In this document: positions 28,626 to 39,200 of the stretch, piece after piece | How the letters are laid out: each line of letters begins with the position of its first letter | Numbering within the stretch: position 1 is the first letter of the stretch | Translations under genes and position numbers: made by a program | The notes under the pieces: model-generated | The model's database searches: none | The model's input: only the letters and a program-made list of their open reading frames with translations | What the model was told of the DNA's origin: nothing | IMG/VR virus record: IMGVR_UViG_3300020045_009345 | Location: 1-63,512 of that record | Strand: one strand, 5' to 3' | DNA length: 63,512 bases | Source of the DNA: a virus | Taxonomy: Duplodnaviria; Caudoviricetes

Positions 28626-30317
28626 TTACCACCCATTATATAATCCAGAATAGTCATTTTCCGTAAGTTCAACCTCTACCCCCTTTCTTTCTTTCCCGTC
28701 GAGAATAAATATCATTCTATAAATTAGAGCGTCCATATAGTCAGGGGAGTACCCGAATCTATCTTTGAACTCATCTTTTGACTTGAAATAAAATTTATTT
28801 CCTTTTGTTGTCCGTCTAAATTCATCTGACTCTTCTATAAATATATCTATAATAGGCTTAGGCGTCTTATTCTTGCCATGAGGAAAACACCTATCTTTAT
28901 TTATAGTGCAAGATATTTGCCCTGTTTCAAGCATATATTGAGCCTTTCCCATTAATTGTGATCTAACATTATAATACAACTCCATTGTTACAGCATTTCC
29001 AGCCTCATCATATTCTTGTATTGGCCTCATATTTGCCGTTATAGGTCGACCATCTGTATATCCTTTTAGATAAAATCCAATACCGGTTGCATCGAAAGAC
29101 ATATTTTGAATTGGAATTCCATAATGATTAAGTGTTGCTTTTATCCATAACTCTAATTCTTTAGGGTCTCCTTCGAAATTTTCAACTGCAATTATGGATA
29201 ACTCCTTCCATATAAATAAAACGCAATTATCACCTCCTCCTGCTACATCTAAGGATGCATACATGGTATTTCCGTCTTTGTACGGATTGGTCCAAATGTC
29301 TTTTATCATTTGCCTAGACACCGTCGCCATGCCTTCAGTTTCAGCATTCCAATCTTCATCAAATAATTTTCGAGTCTCAGTATCACCAAGATTAAATATA
29401 TTCGCTGCATGCTTTCCCTTTGTGGCAGATAGAAGCACCATATTTTCTGACATCTTACATGGCCTAAATGTAATGCTCTTGACAAAGTCCTCGGCTACCA
29501 TTCCCTTTTCCTTTAGGTCATCCGGTACTGTTATATTCGCCTTGCGTATAACTTCTTCTTTTGTATCGCCCCATATTATATCCTTAACTGAGTCGCCACC
29601 TATTTTTGCATATCTTATTTTCTCTATCCTTTCTGGAATAATATGACCATTTTCGTCTATCCACCAATCGATCAGTTTCCTGGTAAAATGGTGAGAATTT
29701 GTGTTAAATGTCATTATGAATTTAGGTGGTATTTTAGAACTATCCCTATTACGACTCAATAGGTAGTTTATAATTTTCCAATCATGGTCTGTAGCCTCAT
29801 CTACAAATATGGCCGAATTTTGAAAGTTCTTAAATTTTTCCTGAGCATCAAAATAACCTTTTTCAGTCTCGGCAGAAAAGTTGGCATGAGTAAATGTCAC
29901 CGACGTTCCCCATGCGGGCCATGAAAATGTGGGGTTATCACTGCCTGTGAATTCTGATCCTCCAAAATCGAATACTCGTTTTGCATCATCTATAATTGTA
30001 CCGGAACCTCCCTTGGTAGCGATGAGCTGTTTTTTAACTATTAAACATCCATATCCTTTTTGGTGCACACCATCTAAAGCTTTCAATAACAAGCCAAGTG
30101 TCTTACCACCACCAGGTTGACCCCCTAGCAAAATTATATCTGCAGGGGAAGTAAACATAAATTCTTGCAACCCCTCTTGTGGAATATAGTCTATATTATC
30201 TCGTACTTCATTTCCATTTACAAATACTTTCCCAGCTTTTTGTACCGTTCCTTTCTCTCTAATTACCTTCGGATACAACTCCGGCCATTCTGCATATTTA
30301 TTTTTTAATTTAATCAT
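28626..30317 (-). CDS. terL: Terminase large subunit
   Basis: PQEGLQ, Walker A GGQPGGGKT, Walker B IFVDEA, MTFNT, RNase H SLDVAGGGD and SPDYMDAL; start MIKLKNKY at 30317. Confidence 0.9.
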   Translation of the reverse strand: MIKLKNKYAEWPELYPKVIREKGTVQKAGKVFVNGNEVRDNIDYIPQEGLQEFMFTSPADIILLGGQPGGGKTLGLLLKALDGVHQKGYGCLIVKKQLIATKGGSGTIIDDAKRVFDFGGSEFTGSDNPTFSWPAWGTSVTFTHANFSAETEKGYFDAQEKFKNFQNSAIFVDEATDHDWKIINYLLSRNRDSSKIPPKFIMTFNTNSHHFTRKLIDWWIDENGHIIPERIEKIRYAKIGGDSVKDIIWGDTKEEVIRKANITVPDDLKEKGMVAEDFVKSITFRPCKMSENMVLLSATKGKHAANIFNLGDTETRKLFDEDWNAETEGMATVSRQMIKDIWTNPYKDGNTMYASLDVAGGGDNCVLFIWKELSIIAVENFEGDPKELELWIKATLNHYGIPIQNMSFDATGIGFYLKGYTDGRPITANMRPIQEYDEAGNAVTMELYYNVRSQLMGKAQYMLETGQISCTINKDRCFPHGKNKTPKPIIDIFIEESDEFRRTTKGNKFYFKSKDEFKDRFGYSPDYMDALIYRMIFILDGKERKGVEVELTENDYSGLYNGW

Positions 30318-30334
30318 ACAAAATAAATTTTCTG

Positions 30335-30382
30335 CAAATATAATACAAAATTTGCGGTAATACAGCTTTTGTATTATATTTG
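30335..30382. promoter_or_regulatory. Symmetric divergent promoter (terL vs head-tail operon) formed by a 16-bp inverted repeat
   Basis: CAAATATAATACAAAA (30335-50) / TTTTGTATTATATTTG (30367-82); each outer end is TATATTTG. Confidence 0.75.
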
Positions 30383-30386
30383 TCCC

Positions 30387-30533
30387 ATGATTAGTAAGCC
30401 AATTAAACAGATTATATGCGACAAGTGTGGAAAGAAACTTCCTACAAGTGTAATATCTGTAAAAGGAGAGGTGATAATAACAGTGTATTGCAGACATTGC
30501 AAGACCCTGACAACAGTGATGATAAATAATTAG
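30387..30533 (+). CDS. 48-aa Com-like zinc-ribbon protein (not in the ORF track)
   Basis: MISKPIKQIICDKCGKKL...VIITVYCRHCKTLTTV; two CxxC pairs; starts right after a promoter. Confidence 0.75.
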   Translation: MISKPIKQIICDKCGKKLPTSVISVKGEVIITVYCRHCKTLTTVMINN

Positions 30534-30599
30534 TTGGTATAGCCGCATATATTATGCGCGCTTTTACATATAAGAGACTTTAAGTCCACGAGAAACCCT

Positions 30600-30645
30600 A
30601 GAGGTTCAAATACTATGAAACACGTAGTATTTGAACCTCTTTTTA
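30600..30645 (+). promoter_or_regulatory. 16-bp perfect hairpin with T tract before the scaffold gene (attenuator/terminator-like)
   Basis: AGAGGTTCAAATACTA / TAGTATTTGAACCTCT then TTTT. Confidence 0.65.
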
Positions 30646-30666
30646 TTTAAAACAAATAGAGAACCT

Positions 30667-31368
30667 ATGAAGTTTACAAAAGAACAAGCCCGCGAAAAAA
30701 TCGTGGCAAAATTGGGAAATACCCGAAAAACTACTGACAGAACGATTGACGCAGTGTTGAATTCTATGTACAAATACGTTACGGAAGATACTGAATTTGA
30801 TTCTTTTTATAAGGATTTAGAATTTTCACTTACCGAAACTGAGGGTAATTTAATAAAACAAGATGCTGATTTCGCTAAGGAGTGGATTAAAAACAATCCC
30901 AAGCCAACACCAGCACCTACGCCAGCTCCATCAGCTCCATCAGCAGGTGGATTAAGCGCAGAAGAAGTAGCGGCAATTGTGGCTAAATCACTTGAACCTT
31001 TTGTTTCAAAATTAGGTGAAATTGATACTCAGCGTACAACCGAATCTATTTTTACGCAAGCTCAAAGTGCATTTCTTGCAGCCAATAAGCTTGATGAATC
31101 AAACGACCGAGTAAAACTGATTAAAGATCGCGTATTCACAACGGTGAAGGCTAGGGTAGGTAAGGATTCAAAAGTAGAAGATATAACTTCTGCAATGAAA
31201 ACAGAATTTGATGATTTGGTAAAGATAGCCGGAGTTGATACTTCTTATATCCCAGCCGAAGCATCAGGATCAGGAAAAGGCGGAGATACTGCTCAATTTG
31301 ACACTGCAAATAAAATATTGCAGACATTAGGCAAATTACCAACTCCTGAATCCACAAAAGCGAATTAA
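30667..31368 (+). CDS. Capsid scaffolding protein
   Basis: Helical, Pro/Ala linker PKPTPAPTPAP, Gly-rich C-terminus; position before the capsid genes. Confidence 0.65.
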   Translation: MKFTKEQAREKIVAKLGNTRKTTDRTIDAVLNSMYKYVTEDTEFDSFYKDLEFSLTETEGNLIKQDADFAKEWIKNNPKPTPAPTPAPSAPSAGGLSAEEVAAIVAKSLEPFVSKLGEIDTQRTTESIFTQAQSAFLAANKLDESNDRVKLIKDRVFTTVKARVGKDSKVEDITSAMKTEFDDLVKIAGVDTSYIPAEASGSGKGGDTAQFDTANKILQTLGKLPTPESTKAN

Positions 31369-31394
31369 AATTATAAACTTAAAAAACTAATAAC

Positions 31395-32039
31395 ATGAGC
31401 TTAAACTTAGGAGGTTTTGATGTGAATTCAAAGGCCTCTCAATCATTTGGAGGATTTATCCCCGTATGGATGCCGCAAGTTCAAATAGGAGTTATACCGG
31501 GTGGTGGTACACTTGCAGCTGAATACTTGGATGCAAATACCGTGATCCCTGCCGGCTCACCTATTTATCAAGCATCTATTGGTGGAGTGCAAATTCCGCT
31601 CGAAGTATTTGAACTTACATCCAATGTGTCAGCTGGGCAGGTTACAGCTACGGTAAAACTTGGAAACTTTGGAACTGTACCTACAGTAAACCATATTTTC
31701 ATGGTTGCTCCCACTTCTGGGATTACCGGGAAGGCAGCTGCTAATACAGGAGTAACTGTAGATGCATCTGGGAACTATATATTGTCAATTGTAGCGAATT
31801 CCATTGGTACTGCATCAACAGGAGACAAATTAGTATTAGCTTCAAGTGCTGGTGCCGCAGTTCCTATGTATGCTCCGGCTAACGGATTGTTACTACATGA
31901 CTGCGCTATTGGAATTGGAGCTATTAATGCTCACCTTACCGTAGTAGATGAAGGAGTAGTATTGGAAGATCGTATTCCATTTGTTCCGGCAAACATCCGG
32001 GCGTTGTTGCCAAATGTAAAATTTCGTAAAGAACTATAA
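31395..32039 (+). CDS. Head decoration/cement protein
   Basis: VIPAGSPI...NGLLLHD...GVVLEDRIP...LLPNVKF pattern; immediately before the MCP. Confidence 0.65.
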   Translation: MSLNLGGFDVNSKASQSFGGFIPVWMPQVQIGVIPGGGTLAAEYLDANTVIPAGSPIYQASIGGVQIPLEVFELTSNVSAGQVTATVKLGNFGTVPTVNHIFMVAPTSGITGKAAANTGVTVDASGNYILSIVANSIGTASTGDKLVLASSAGAAVPMYAPANGLLLHDCAIGIGAINAHLTVVDEGVVLEDRIPFVPANIRALLPNVKFRKEL

Positions 32040-32041
32040 CC

Positions 32042-33232
32042 ATGAATACTTACCCAACCGCAACATACGACTTACTTGCTGGTGCACTAGGTGCAAACAG
32101 CTCGGCTAAACTCCAAGGATTCTTGGACAACGTGATGGCTAATAAATATAATTCAGCCCAATGGGATGGATTTAGTTTTGCACCGGCAATGCAGCTTGAT
32201 TTTACTTACGAGCAAATTCAAAAAGAGTTGAATCTTTATAAGATGGCCACTTATGTATCTAACGATGCAGACGCTATTCCTGATGGAACTAAAGGATTTA
32301 CTTTATCGACAGGTAAAATTCCTCGCCAGAAAAAGGTTCAATTTTACGATGAAGATTCCTGGCGTAAACAGGCTATTTTGAATCAAATGTATGGGAATAC
32401 AGGTGATACCGCATTGTCAAATGCGATTGCTGAACTATTCAATAAACTTGACTTCTTGATTGGTGGCCACACAATGTCTGTTACTTATCAACGTCACCAG
32501 ATTGTATCTACAGGACAATTAGAATTGACAAATGCAAACAACCCACGTGGTATTAAAGATGTCTTTGGTGCAAATATTCCAGCTGAAAATATCATAACAA
32601 AAGCCGGAACCGCACGCTGGTATACCTCTGTTTCAAATGGAGTTTATTCGATTGACGGAGCGGCAAGCGATCCAATTTCGGATTTAAATTCGCTCATCTA
32701 CTCTGCCGAATTGAAAGGCATTTCAGCAAAGCACTTTGAAATTGACAAGCTATATGCACGTCAAATAGCTAATCATCCAAAAATTGTTGCTGCTATTGGA
32801 GCTTCTTTATACCCAGGATCGGAATCAGCATCTCAAATTGCTGCTACCGGTTTAATAAACTTGGAAAAGAGAATGCAAATCCTAGGCGAAATCCTTGGGG
32901 TACCATTTGTTTTGATTGATAGTATTGTTAATACTGAGAAAACGGTAAAAACTAATGGCGTCTTGACATTGCAAGAAACTCAAATCAGAGCATTTGCGGA
33001 TAATGTTATTGTATTGGTTCCAGATGGAAATCTTGGAGAAATATTGACAGTACAACCATTTGCCGCAGCGGGAGCTGATTCCACTGCCAGTTATTATGGT
33101 GGTCGTTTATTATTGACTGTAACATCTCAGCCTCAACGCAAGATCCAACAGTTTGATACTGAAATGACAACTCTGGTAGTTCCGGATAAGCCAAAATATA
33201 TGTGGTACTTGCATCCTTACGCAGCTGCTTAA
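32042..33232 (+). CDS. Major capsid protein (HK97 fold, lambda gpE-like)
   Basis: 396 aa; MATYV..D...STGKIP..K, Q.VSTG, C-terminal TLVVP..P; position. Confidence 0.8.
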   Translation: MNTYPTATYDLLAGALGANSSAKLQGFLDNVMANKYNSAQWDGFSFAPAMQLDFTYEQIQKELNLYKMATYVSNDADAIPDGTKGFTLSTGKIPRQKKVQFYDEDSWRKQAILNQMYGNTGDTALSNAIAELFNKLDFLIGGHTMSVTYQRHQIVSTGQLELTNANNPRGIKDVFGANIPAENIITKAGTARWYTSVSNGVYSIDGAASDPISDLNSLIYSAELKGISAKHFEIDKLYARQIANHPKIVAAIGASLYPGSESASQIAATGLINLEKRMQILGEILGVPFVLIDSIVNTEKTVKTNGVLTLQETQIRAFADNVIVLVPDGNLGEILTVQPFAAAGADSTASYYGGRLLLTVTSQPQRKIQQFDTEMTTLVVPDKPKYMWYLHPYAAA

Positions 33233-33236
33233 AAAT

Positions 33237-33596
33237 ATGACAATTAACCAATATCTCCAATCCATAACGGTCGGTATCGCACTAACAGATAATCAAATCG
33301 AAATAGCGATACTGAACGTTAACGGATTAGTTTCCGGATCTGATATGTCTGTCGTTAGCGAACAACAGAAGGACTTAGCAACGGCGGAGATATTTTGGTT
33401 ATCGTCTAGATTTATAGGTGGAGGATCATATTCTAAAAAGGTTAATAACCGTCAAATATCTGAGACTTCGGGGTCCTTATCTAAAGACGATCGAAAAGCT
33501 ATGATAGAAGACGCAAACCTACTTAGAGCAAAATGGGGATTTCCGGCATTTCGTGATACGAATTTTATTTATGATGCTACATATCTTTGGAAATAA
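33237..33596 (+). CDS. Head-tail adaptor
   Basis: Size and position after the MCP; DLATAEI..ANLLRAKWG. Confidence 0.6.
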   Translation: MTINQYLQSITVGIALTDNQIEIAILNVNGLVSGSDMSVVSEQQKDLATAEIFWLSSRFIGGGSYSKKVNNRQISETSGSLSKDDRKAMIEDANLLRAKWGFPAFRDTNFIYDATYLWK

Positions 33597-34024
33597 TGAT
33601 TACTAAAAATTACTTAACTTTCGATGGGAATTTGCTTACATTTAATAATGTGCAGTTTTATTTTCCTCAGATGATAGTAAATTCAGGTAATGATTCTTTT
33701 TTCTTCCCTCACGTTTGTACTATTTACAGAAGTGACGGACAGGTAAACGACCAAGGAGATGAAATATTCACAGGATTATATTACGGAGATTGTGTATTTG
33801 AATTTAATACATCAAGTACGACTAAATTACAGGGGTTAACGTTCCAATCTGATTCATTTTTATTGCTACCATCTACTGATATATTATTTAGAACAAATGA
33901 TATGGTTATGGTAGAAACAGAAAATGGTAGAATAATAAAGGCTACTATAGAACAGTTTGAGACTGTGACCGATTCTGGAAATGAGGGGACGACAATCTGG
34001 CTGAAACAAGGACAAGATGGGTAA
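33587..34024 (+). CDS. Head closure/stopper protein
   Basis: FPHVCTIYR..Y.GDC..GTTIW; position. Confidence 0.55.
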   Translation: MEIMITKNYLTFDGNLLTFNNVQFYFPQMIVNSGNDSFFFPHVCTIYRSDGQVNDQGDEIFTGLYYGDCVFEFNTSSTTKLQGLTFQSDSFLLLPSTDILFRTNDMVMVETENGRIIKATIEQFETVTDSGNEGTTIWLKQGQDG

Positions 34025-34454
34025 TTTTTCAAGTCGTAATGCATCAATAGTGGGATCGAGGATGAATGGAAGCAAATTTTTTGCTGATATTCCTAAATTG
34101 AAGTCGATTGCTGATGAAATAATAGCGATAGGAAAAGAAACAATTCCCGTAGATACTGGAAACTTGATGGATAGTACTGGAATGGGAATCTATGTAAATG
34201 GAGTTTTAATGGATTTTAGGTATGATAATCAAGCTAGTGTTCCTAGAAAAGTAAAAGGTGAATTAATCTGGGGTAAAGATAAATTAAATGAAGCATTAGC
34301 ACTTGGAGCTTCTACGTATTCAACTGGAGTTTGGATAGTCTTATTTTCGACGATGCCTTATGCCATATATGTAAATAGAAATACTGGATTTTTTAGTGCG
34401 TCATTGAAATCAAATCTCAGACATATGGTATTATCTCAATTTAAAATAAAATAA
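34017..34454 (+). CDS. HK97 gp10-like tail completion protein
   Basis: PVDTGNLMDS..MPYAIYVN. Confidence 0.75.
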   Translation: MGNFSSRNASIVGSRMNGSKFFADIPKLKSIADEIIAIGKETIPVDTGNLMDSTGMGIYVNGVLMDFRYDNQASVPRKVKGELIWGKDKLNEALALGASTYSTGVWIVLFSTMPYAIYVNRNTGFFSASLKSNLRHMVLSQFKIK

Positions 34455-34455
34455 A

Positions 34456-34875
34456 ATGGTTCCATTAAATATAGACTCCGTAACTCCGCTAAAAAACTTG
34501 ATTTTATCCGTAACGTCGGATACATCAATTTACACAAATGGGGGATTACCGAGCTCTGGATTACCCGGATCATTTATATTGATAGACCCGAACGGAGGTA
34601 TAAGAACAAACGCAAGCAAGTTCGGAAATGCGTTATGTACTTTGTCAGTTTCAATATACGTTTCATTATTATCAACTGGAGCAACAAACATAACAAAAGA
34701 AAATATGATAGTCGACAATTTTCAATCTTTATTCAAAGATATTCTGAAAGCTTCTACCGGGGAGAATCATTTTACCTATGAGTTAGCTTCAACCCCTATG
34801 ATGTATTCAGGGAAAAGTCTAATATCAGGTTATTCAACAAAAATTATTAATATTAATTCTTTCATAAATTATTAA
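34456..34875 (+). CDS. Tail terminator
   Basis: Size and position before the tail tube. Confidence 0.5.
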   Translation: MVPLNIDSVTPLKNLILSVTSDTSIYTNGGLPSSGLPGSFILIDPNGGIRTNASKFGNALCTLSVSIYVSLLSTGATNITKENMIVDNFQSLFKDILKASTGENHFTYELASTPMMYSGKSLISGYSTKIININSFINY

Positions 34876-34878
34876 ATT

Positions 34879-35481
34879 ATGGCTAATACAATTAGTACAT
34901 TTCATACAACTCTAGATGCCGTTTTCAATGGCGTTGGTGATGTAGTCGTATTTGATACAGTCATTGATGCATCTTATGCCGCTCTGACTCTTTCTGGGCT
35001 CACTAATGCAAAGTCATTAGGGAATTTATACAACGGTACTGTAAAATATACCGGTGACGCCCCTGCTATTACGTCGCTTAAGAATGAACAAGGATCAGTA
35101 GTTTATAGCTATTCCGAAGATGGTACATTCGCATTTGAAGCAACTGTTATGGGATTGAATCCTGAATTGGTAGCTAAATTCCTAAAAGGTACGGCTATTA
35201 CAAATTCTACACTGAATGCCTCTACATGGCAAGCTGCCGGATCTACTCACGTTGGCTTTGGTGATGCTGTCGCCTCGCAATTCATGCCTGTAACCTGGTT
35301 AAACCGAGATAAGAATATTGCAGTTACATTTCCTAAAGCTTTAGTTGTAGCTTCTCCGGCTGATCAAGATAGCGGAATTGGACTAAAAATTACTTTTACG
35401 GCTCAAAAGATCAATAAGACTGCCGATATCAATACGTTTGTTATTTCGACCGGCGTGACTCCAAATTATACAACCGTATAA
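34879..35481 (+). CDS. Major tail tube protein
   Basis: 200-aa beta-rich Thr/Ala protein followed by a terminator and chaperone genes. Confidence 0.7.
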   Translation: MANTISTFHTTLDAVFNGVGDVVVFDTVIDASYAALTLSGLTNAKSLGNLYNGTVKYTGDAPAITSLKNEQGSVVYSYSEDGTFAFEATVMGLNPELVAKFLKGTAITNSTLNASTWQAAGSTHVGFGDAVASQFMPVTWLNRDKNIAVTFPKALVVASPADQDSGIGLKITFTAQKINKTADINTFVISTGVTPNYTTV

Positions 35482-35503
35482 TTAAGCGGAAAATAAAGAG
35501 CGC

Positions 35504-35537
35504 AAAAAGGGTGGGTGAAGTTCGCCTACCCTTTTTT
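35504..35537 (+). terminator. Intrinsic terminator after the tail tube gene
   Basis: AAAAAGGGTGGGTGAA-G-TTCGCCTACCC-TTTTTT. Confidence 0.75.
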
Positions 35538-35562
35538 AATAAAATTAAAGACCACCCATGAT

Positions 35563-36027
35563 ATGAAAACAGAAGATAATGTAAAGATCCAAAAAATAGA
35601 AAATAATGAGACAATTATTTCTAATCTAGGAAATAATAAGGTAAAAATAAAAAGACTCAACAATGCTATAGCTGAAAAATTTGACAGATATACCGCCGAG
35701 GCTGAAATATCATATGCAGAAAATGGATTGTTAATAAATATGTCCAATAATAGAAAATTGGTACCAAAATGCGTATCATTATTAATATTGCACAGCTGGA
35801 TTAAAGTACATCTATTCCATTGGGCCTACTGGAGACTATTACATATAAAGTATTCTCAAAAAGAGTTAGGAGAACCTCTAAAAGCAGGATTAGGCTTGGG
35901 GGAGTACAATGGGCTATTGTCGAATTTGGTCTACCTTCAGGACAACAGCCAGCTAATTCAAAGAGCGACGAAGGGTCTTATCAGGAGTACTCTTCAAGAA
36001 CCAGAATCGGAAGTAGAAACCAAATGA
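35563..36027 (+). CDS. Tail assembly chaperone (G-like)
   Basis: Between tube and tape measure; ATG 35563 lies after the terminator. Confidence 0.6.
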   Translation: MKTEDNVKIQKIENNETIISNLGNNKVKIKRLNNAIAEKFDRYTAEAEISYAENGLLINMSNNRKLVPKCVSLLILHSWIKVHLFHWAYWRLLHIKYSQKELGEPLKAGLGLGEYNGLLSNLVYLQDNSQLIQRATKGLIRSTLQEPESEVETK

Positions 36028-36287
36028 TAATTGAGTTATATGGAGCTATTACCCCATATACAAACTATAAATATTGGTGGGTAGATAGCATAGTAAAGCA
36101 AACTATAATGCTCATGGATAAATCCGGATTGCGAAGAAAAGGCTCAATTCCGCCAGATCCAGCAAAGCAAATCGCTCCATTAGATCAAAAACAAGTCACA
36201 AGCATACTTTCGTCACTCGGTATAGGATCAGCCGAGACGGAAGAACAAAAAGTCGAACGCATAAGAAAAGAAACAAACAATGGCTAA
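36024..36287 (+). CDS. Tail assembly chaperone (T-like)
   Basis: -1 frame relative to the G-like gene, ATGA overlap, precedes the TMP. Confidence 0.55.
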   Translation: MIIELYGAITPYTNYKYWWVDSIVKQTIMLMDKSGLRRKGSIPPDPAKQIAPLDQKQVTSILSSLGIGSAETEEQKVERIRKETNNG

Positions 36288-39200
36288 CGAAGACGAAGAA
36301 TTAATATTTCCGATGCATCTTGATCTTGATGTGAGTAAATTCGAGCCAGATTGGTTAAGAATAGAACCAAAATTACAAGCCGTACTCGACAAAAACCCAC
36401 TCAAAGCAAAAATAAATATAGATGATGCTGCATTGAAAAATGCGGTTGATCAATTATCTAAATTAAATGGAAGGGGTAGTACTAGTGGAGATGGGATGTC
36501 TAAAGTTCAAGTATCAGAATATAATGCGATAACAAAAAGAATGAATGTTGAGGCCAGATCCCAACAAATATTACAAAGATCATCTTTAATAGAAGAGGAT
36601 CTAAGCGCAAAGAGATTCAGGACGGCTATGGCATCATCTAATGCTGAATCCGCTGACCTTAGGTTATCTATGGTTAGAGGTAGGGCTAATGTAGCAAATA
36701 ATAAATTAGCTGGATCTGAAATAGATTTAGAAGCAAAAAGAAATAGATCCCAAAAGTCTGCAATCCAATTACAATCTGCCGAGCTAGCTTTAGAAAGAGC
36801 AAAACAGCGAGGCACTTCGGCTACTTATTCCCAGAATACAGCATATCAGACTCAACAAGGACTGCTTAACGGGCTGCCTCAATTCGTAAATTCATATATT
36901 TCAATACTTGGGGCATACAGACTTGGGCAAAATATAGTAGATACTACCGCTGAATTTGAAATGCAACGGGTATCTCTTGCCGCCATCATCCAGAATAAAG
37001 GCGCCGCCGATAAATTATTTTCTCAGGATGTCCAACTTGGACTCCAATCACCGTTCCAAATTAAGGATTTAATATCCTATACTAAACAACTTGCCGCGTA
37101 TAGAATTGAGACAGATCAGCTGTATGATACGACTAAAAGATTAGCTGATGTATCGGCCGGACTCGGCGTAGATATGAGCCGATTGATACTCGCATACGGT
37201 CAGGTAAAAGCGGCTACATATTTGAGAGGTACGGAATTACGGCAATTTACGGAGGCTGGACTGCCCATAATTCAGTTACTTGCAGACAAATTTACCGTAT
37301 TAAACGGAAAAGCCACTACCACCGCCGATGTATTCAAATTAATTTCTCAAAGAGGTGTTTCATTTGGTATGGTAAAAAGCGTCATGGATGATATGACGAA
37401 TGCCGGTGGCGTATTTTTCAATATGCAACAAATACAATCCCAAACATTAAAGGGATCCTTATCAAATTTAACTGATGCTTATCAGAAGATGTTCATGGAA
37501 ATTGGGAACCAAAACATGGCCCCAATGAAAGCTTTAGTAGATGGGATAAAGGATTTAATGACTAATTGGAAAGAGTTTAGCAATGTAGCAACGACTGTCG
37601 GTCTTGGATATGGATTAGCTAGGTTATCTATGCTGGCATATAATTCAGCCCTTGGGAAAGAAAATGCACAAACTATAGCTAGTCTCCAATCTGCTAATGC
37701 AAAAGAAGCATCGCTGCTTAGAATACAGCGAAGATATTTAGCCCTGACACCAGAAGAAACGTCAAGAGTGAGGATTGGAAAAGAAATATCCGACGTTCAA
37801 ATATCAGAGTTGATGTCGGCAGATAAATTATCCAAATCTGCCGCATTGAGATTAGTTTATCTTGGAAAGACCAATGCCGCCCAGGAGTTAGCTATGATCT
37901 CGACTGGTAAAGTAACATCTGTAGAATTAGAACTAGCCAGAGGCAGAAAGTTAACTAGCATACAAGCTAATCAATATAATCAATCTTTATCGAAATTAAT
38001 ATCAACTCAAAATGGCGCTAAGATGTCAGAAGAGGGATTGGCTACGGCAAAGATGCAAGAATTAAGAACAAATACGCTTTTACTTTCTCAGAGCGGAAAA
38101 CTTACAGGCGAAAGGGCTGCTGCTGCTGCTGAAATAGGATTAGTTACAGATGCCGAAGTAAAATCAGCTGCCGCTACATCGGCCTTTAGCGGAAGATTTG
38201 GGACTGTAAGTAGGGCTTTATCAATAGCTGGTTCCGGTTTAAAAAGCTTTGGTATTGGCATATTAGGTATGATTCAATCTATTCTACCGTTATTGGCAGT
38301 TATGGCTACATTTGAAGGTATAAAATGGATTGTTGAATCACTAGGATCAGCTAGTAAAGAATCAAAACAACAGATAGCTGATTCTGCTAAGGCCGCGTCT
38401 GAATATTCAATAGAACTAAAAGAGGCGTACAGTAATGTAAAAAAAGTTGTAGAAAGAGGGCTACTTACAGGGGCAGATGAAAAGGAGATTACATCGGCTA
38501 GAGCTGCATTACAACAGATAGTAGAGAAAAACGAAGCTTTAAAACCACTTGTAGAGGCTAGATTAGCAGGTCTTACTACGGAAGCTCAAAAACTAACCGA
38601 AATAAAAACTATATGGGATGAAATTAAATCATCTGTAGCTAATGGTGGAAAGTATGTTCCGGCTATTTCGAATGCCAATGCCAGTACTAAAAATACATTT
38701 GGATTTGGTGGCGAAATATCTACAGCGACTAAATTTTCAGAATCCATAGATGACTTGGATATTCAGATGGGGAAAATACAGACTAAGTACGCTGTAATGA
38801 CTTCTGATTTGCAAGAAAATTTAAAAGCACATAAGAATGCTTTTGATAGCGGGGCGGAAGACATAAATAAATATAGTCAGGCATTAGAAGCGCTAAGGGT
38901 AGTATCACTTAAAAGGGCTTTAGCAGCTAAACCGGGATCACAAGAAAAAGTCCAATATGGATTTATTACGGATGCTATAGAACGATCAACAGGCTCATTA
39001 TCTAATTTAAAAAGCAAGTCGGATGAATTTGTATCGTATTTCAAGAATAGCATAACTACTATTGGGGAAGGAAGCAAAAAACAAAATTTAGACTGGTCAA
39101 ATAATAATAGGAACCTTACAAAAGAAAACTACAATCTATTAAATACAGCTATTATAGAGTCCGAACAGCTATTTTTAAAATCTGCCAAGGAGGAGGAGAA

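Noticed and set aside
30318-30548. 77-aa N-terminal extension of terL in the ORF track
   Set aside because: It spans the divergent promoters and is antisense to the Com-like gene; ATG 30317 fits the promoter.
30900-30945. Short tandem repeat in the scaffold gene
   Set aside because: Encodes an ordinary Pro/Ala linker.
35820-36027. Canonical -1 slippery heptamer between the tail chaperones
   Set aside because: The -1 frame is open for ~200 nt, but no in-frame X XXY YYZ was found and an ATGA overlap explains the second gene. A non-canonical shift is not excluded.
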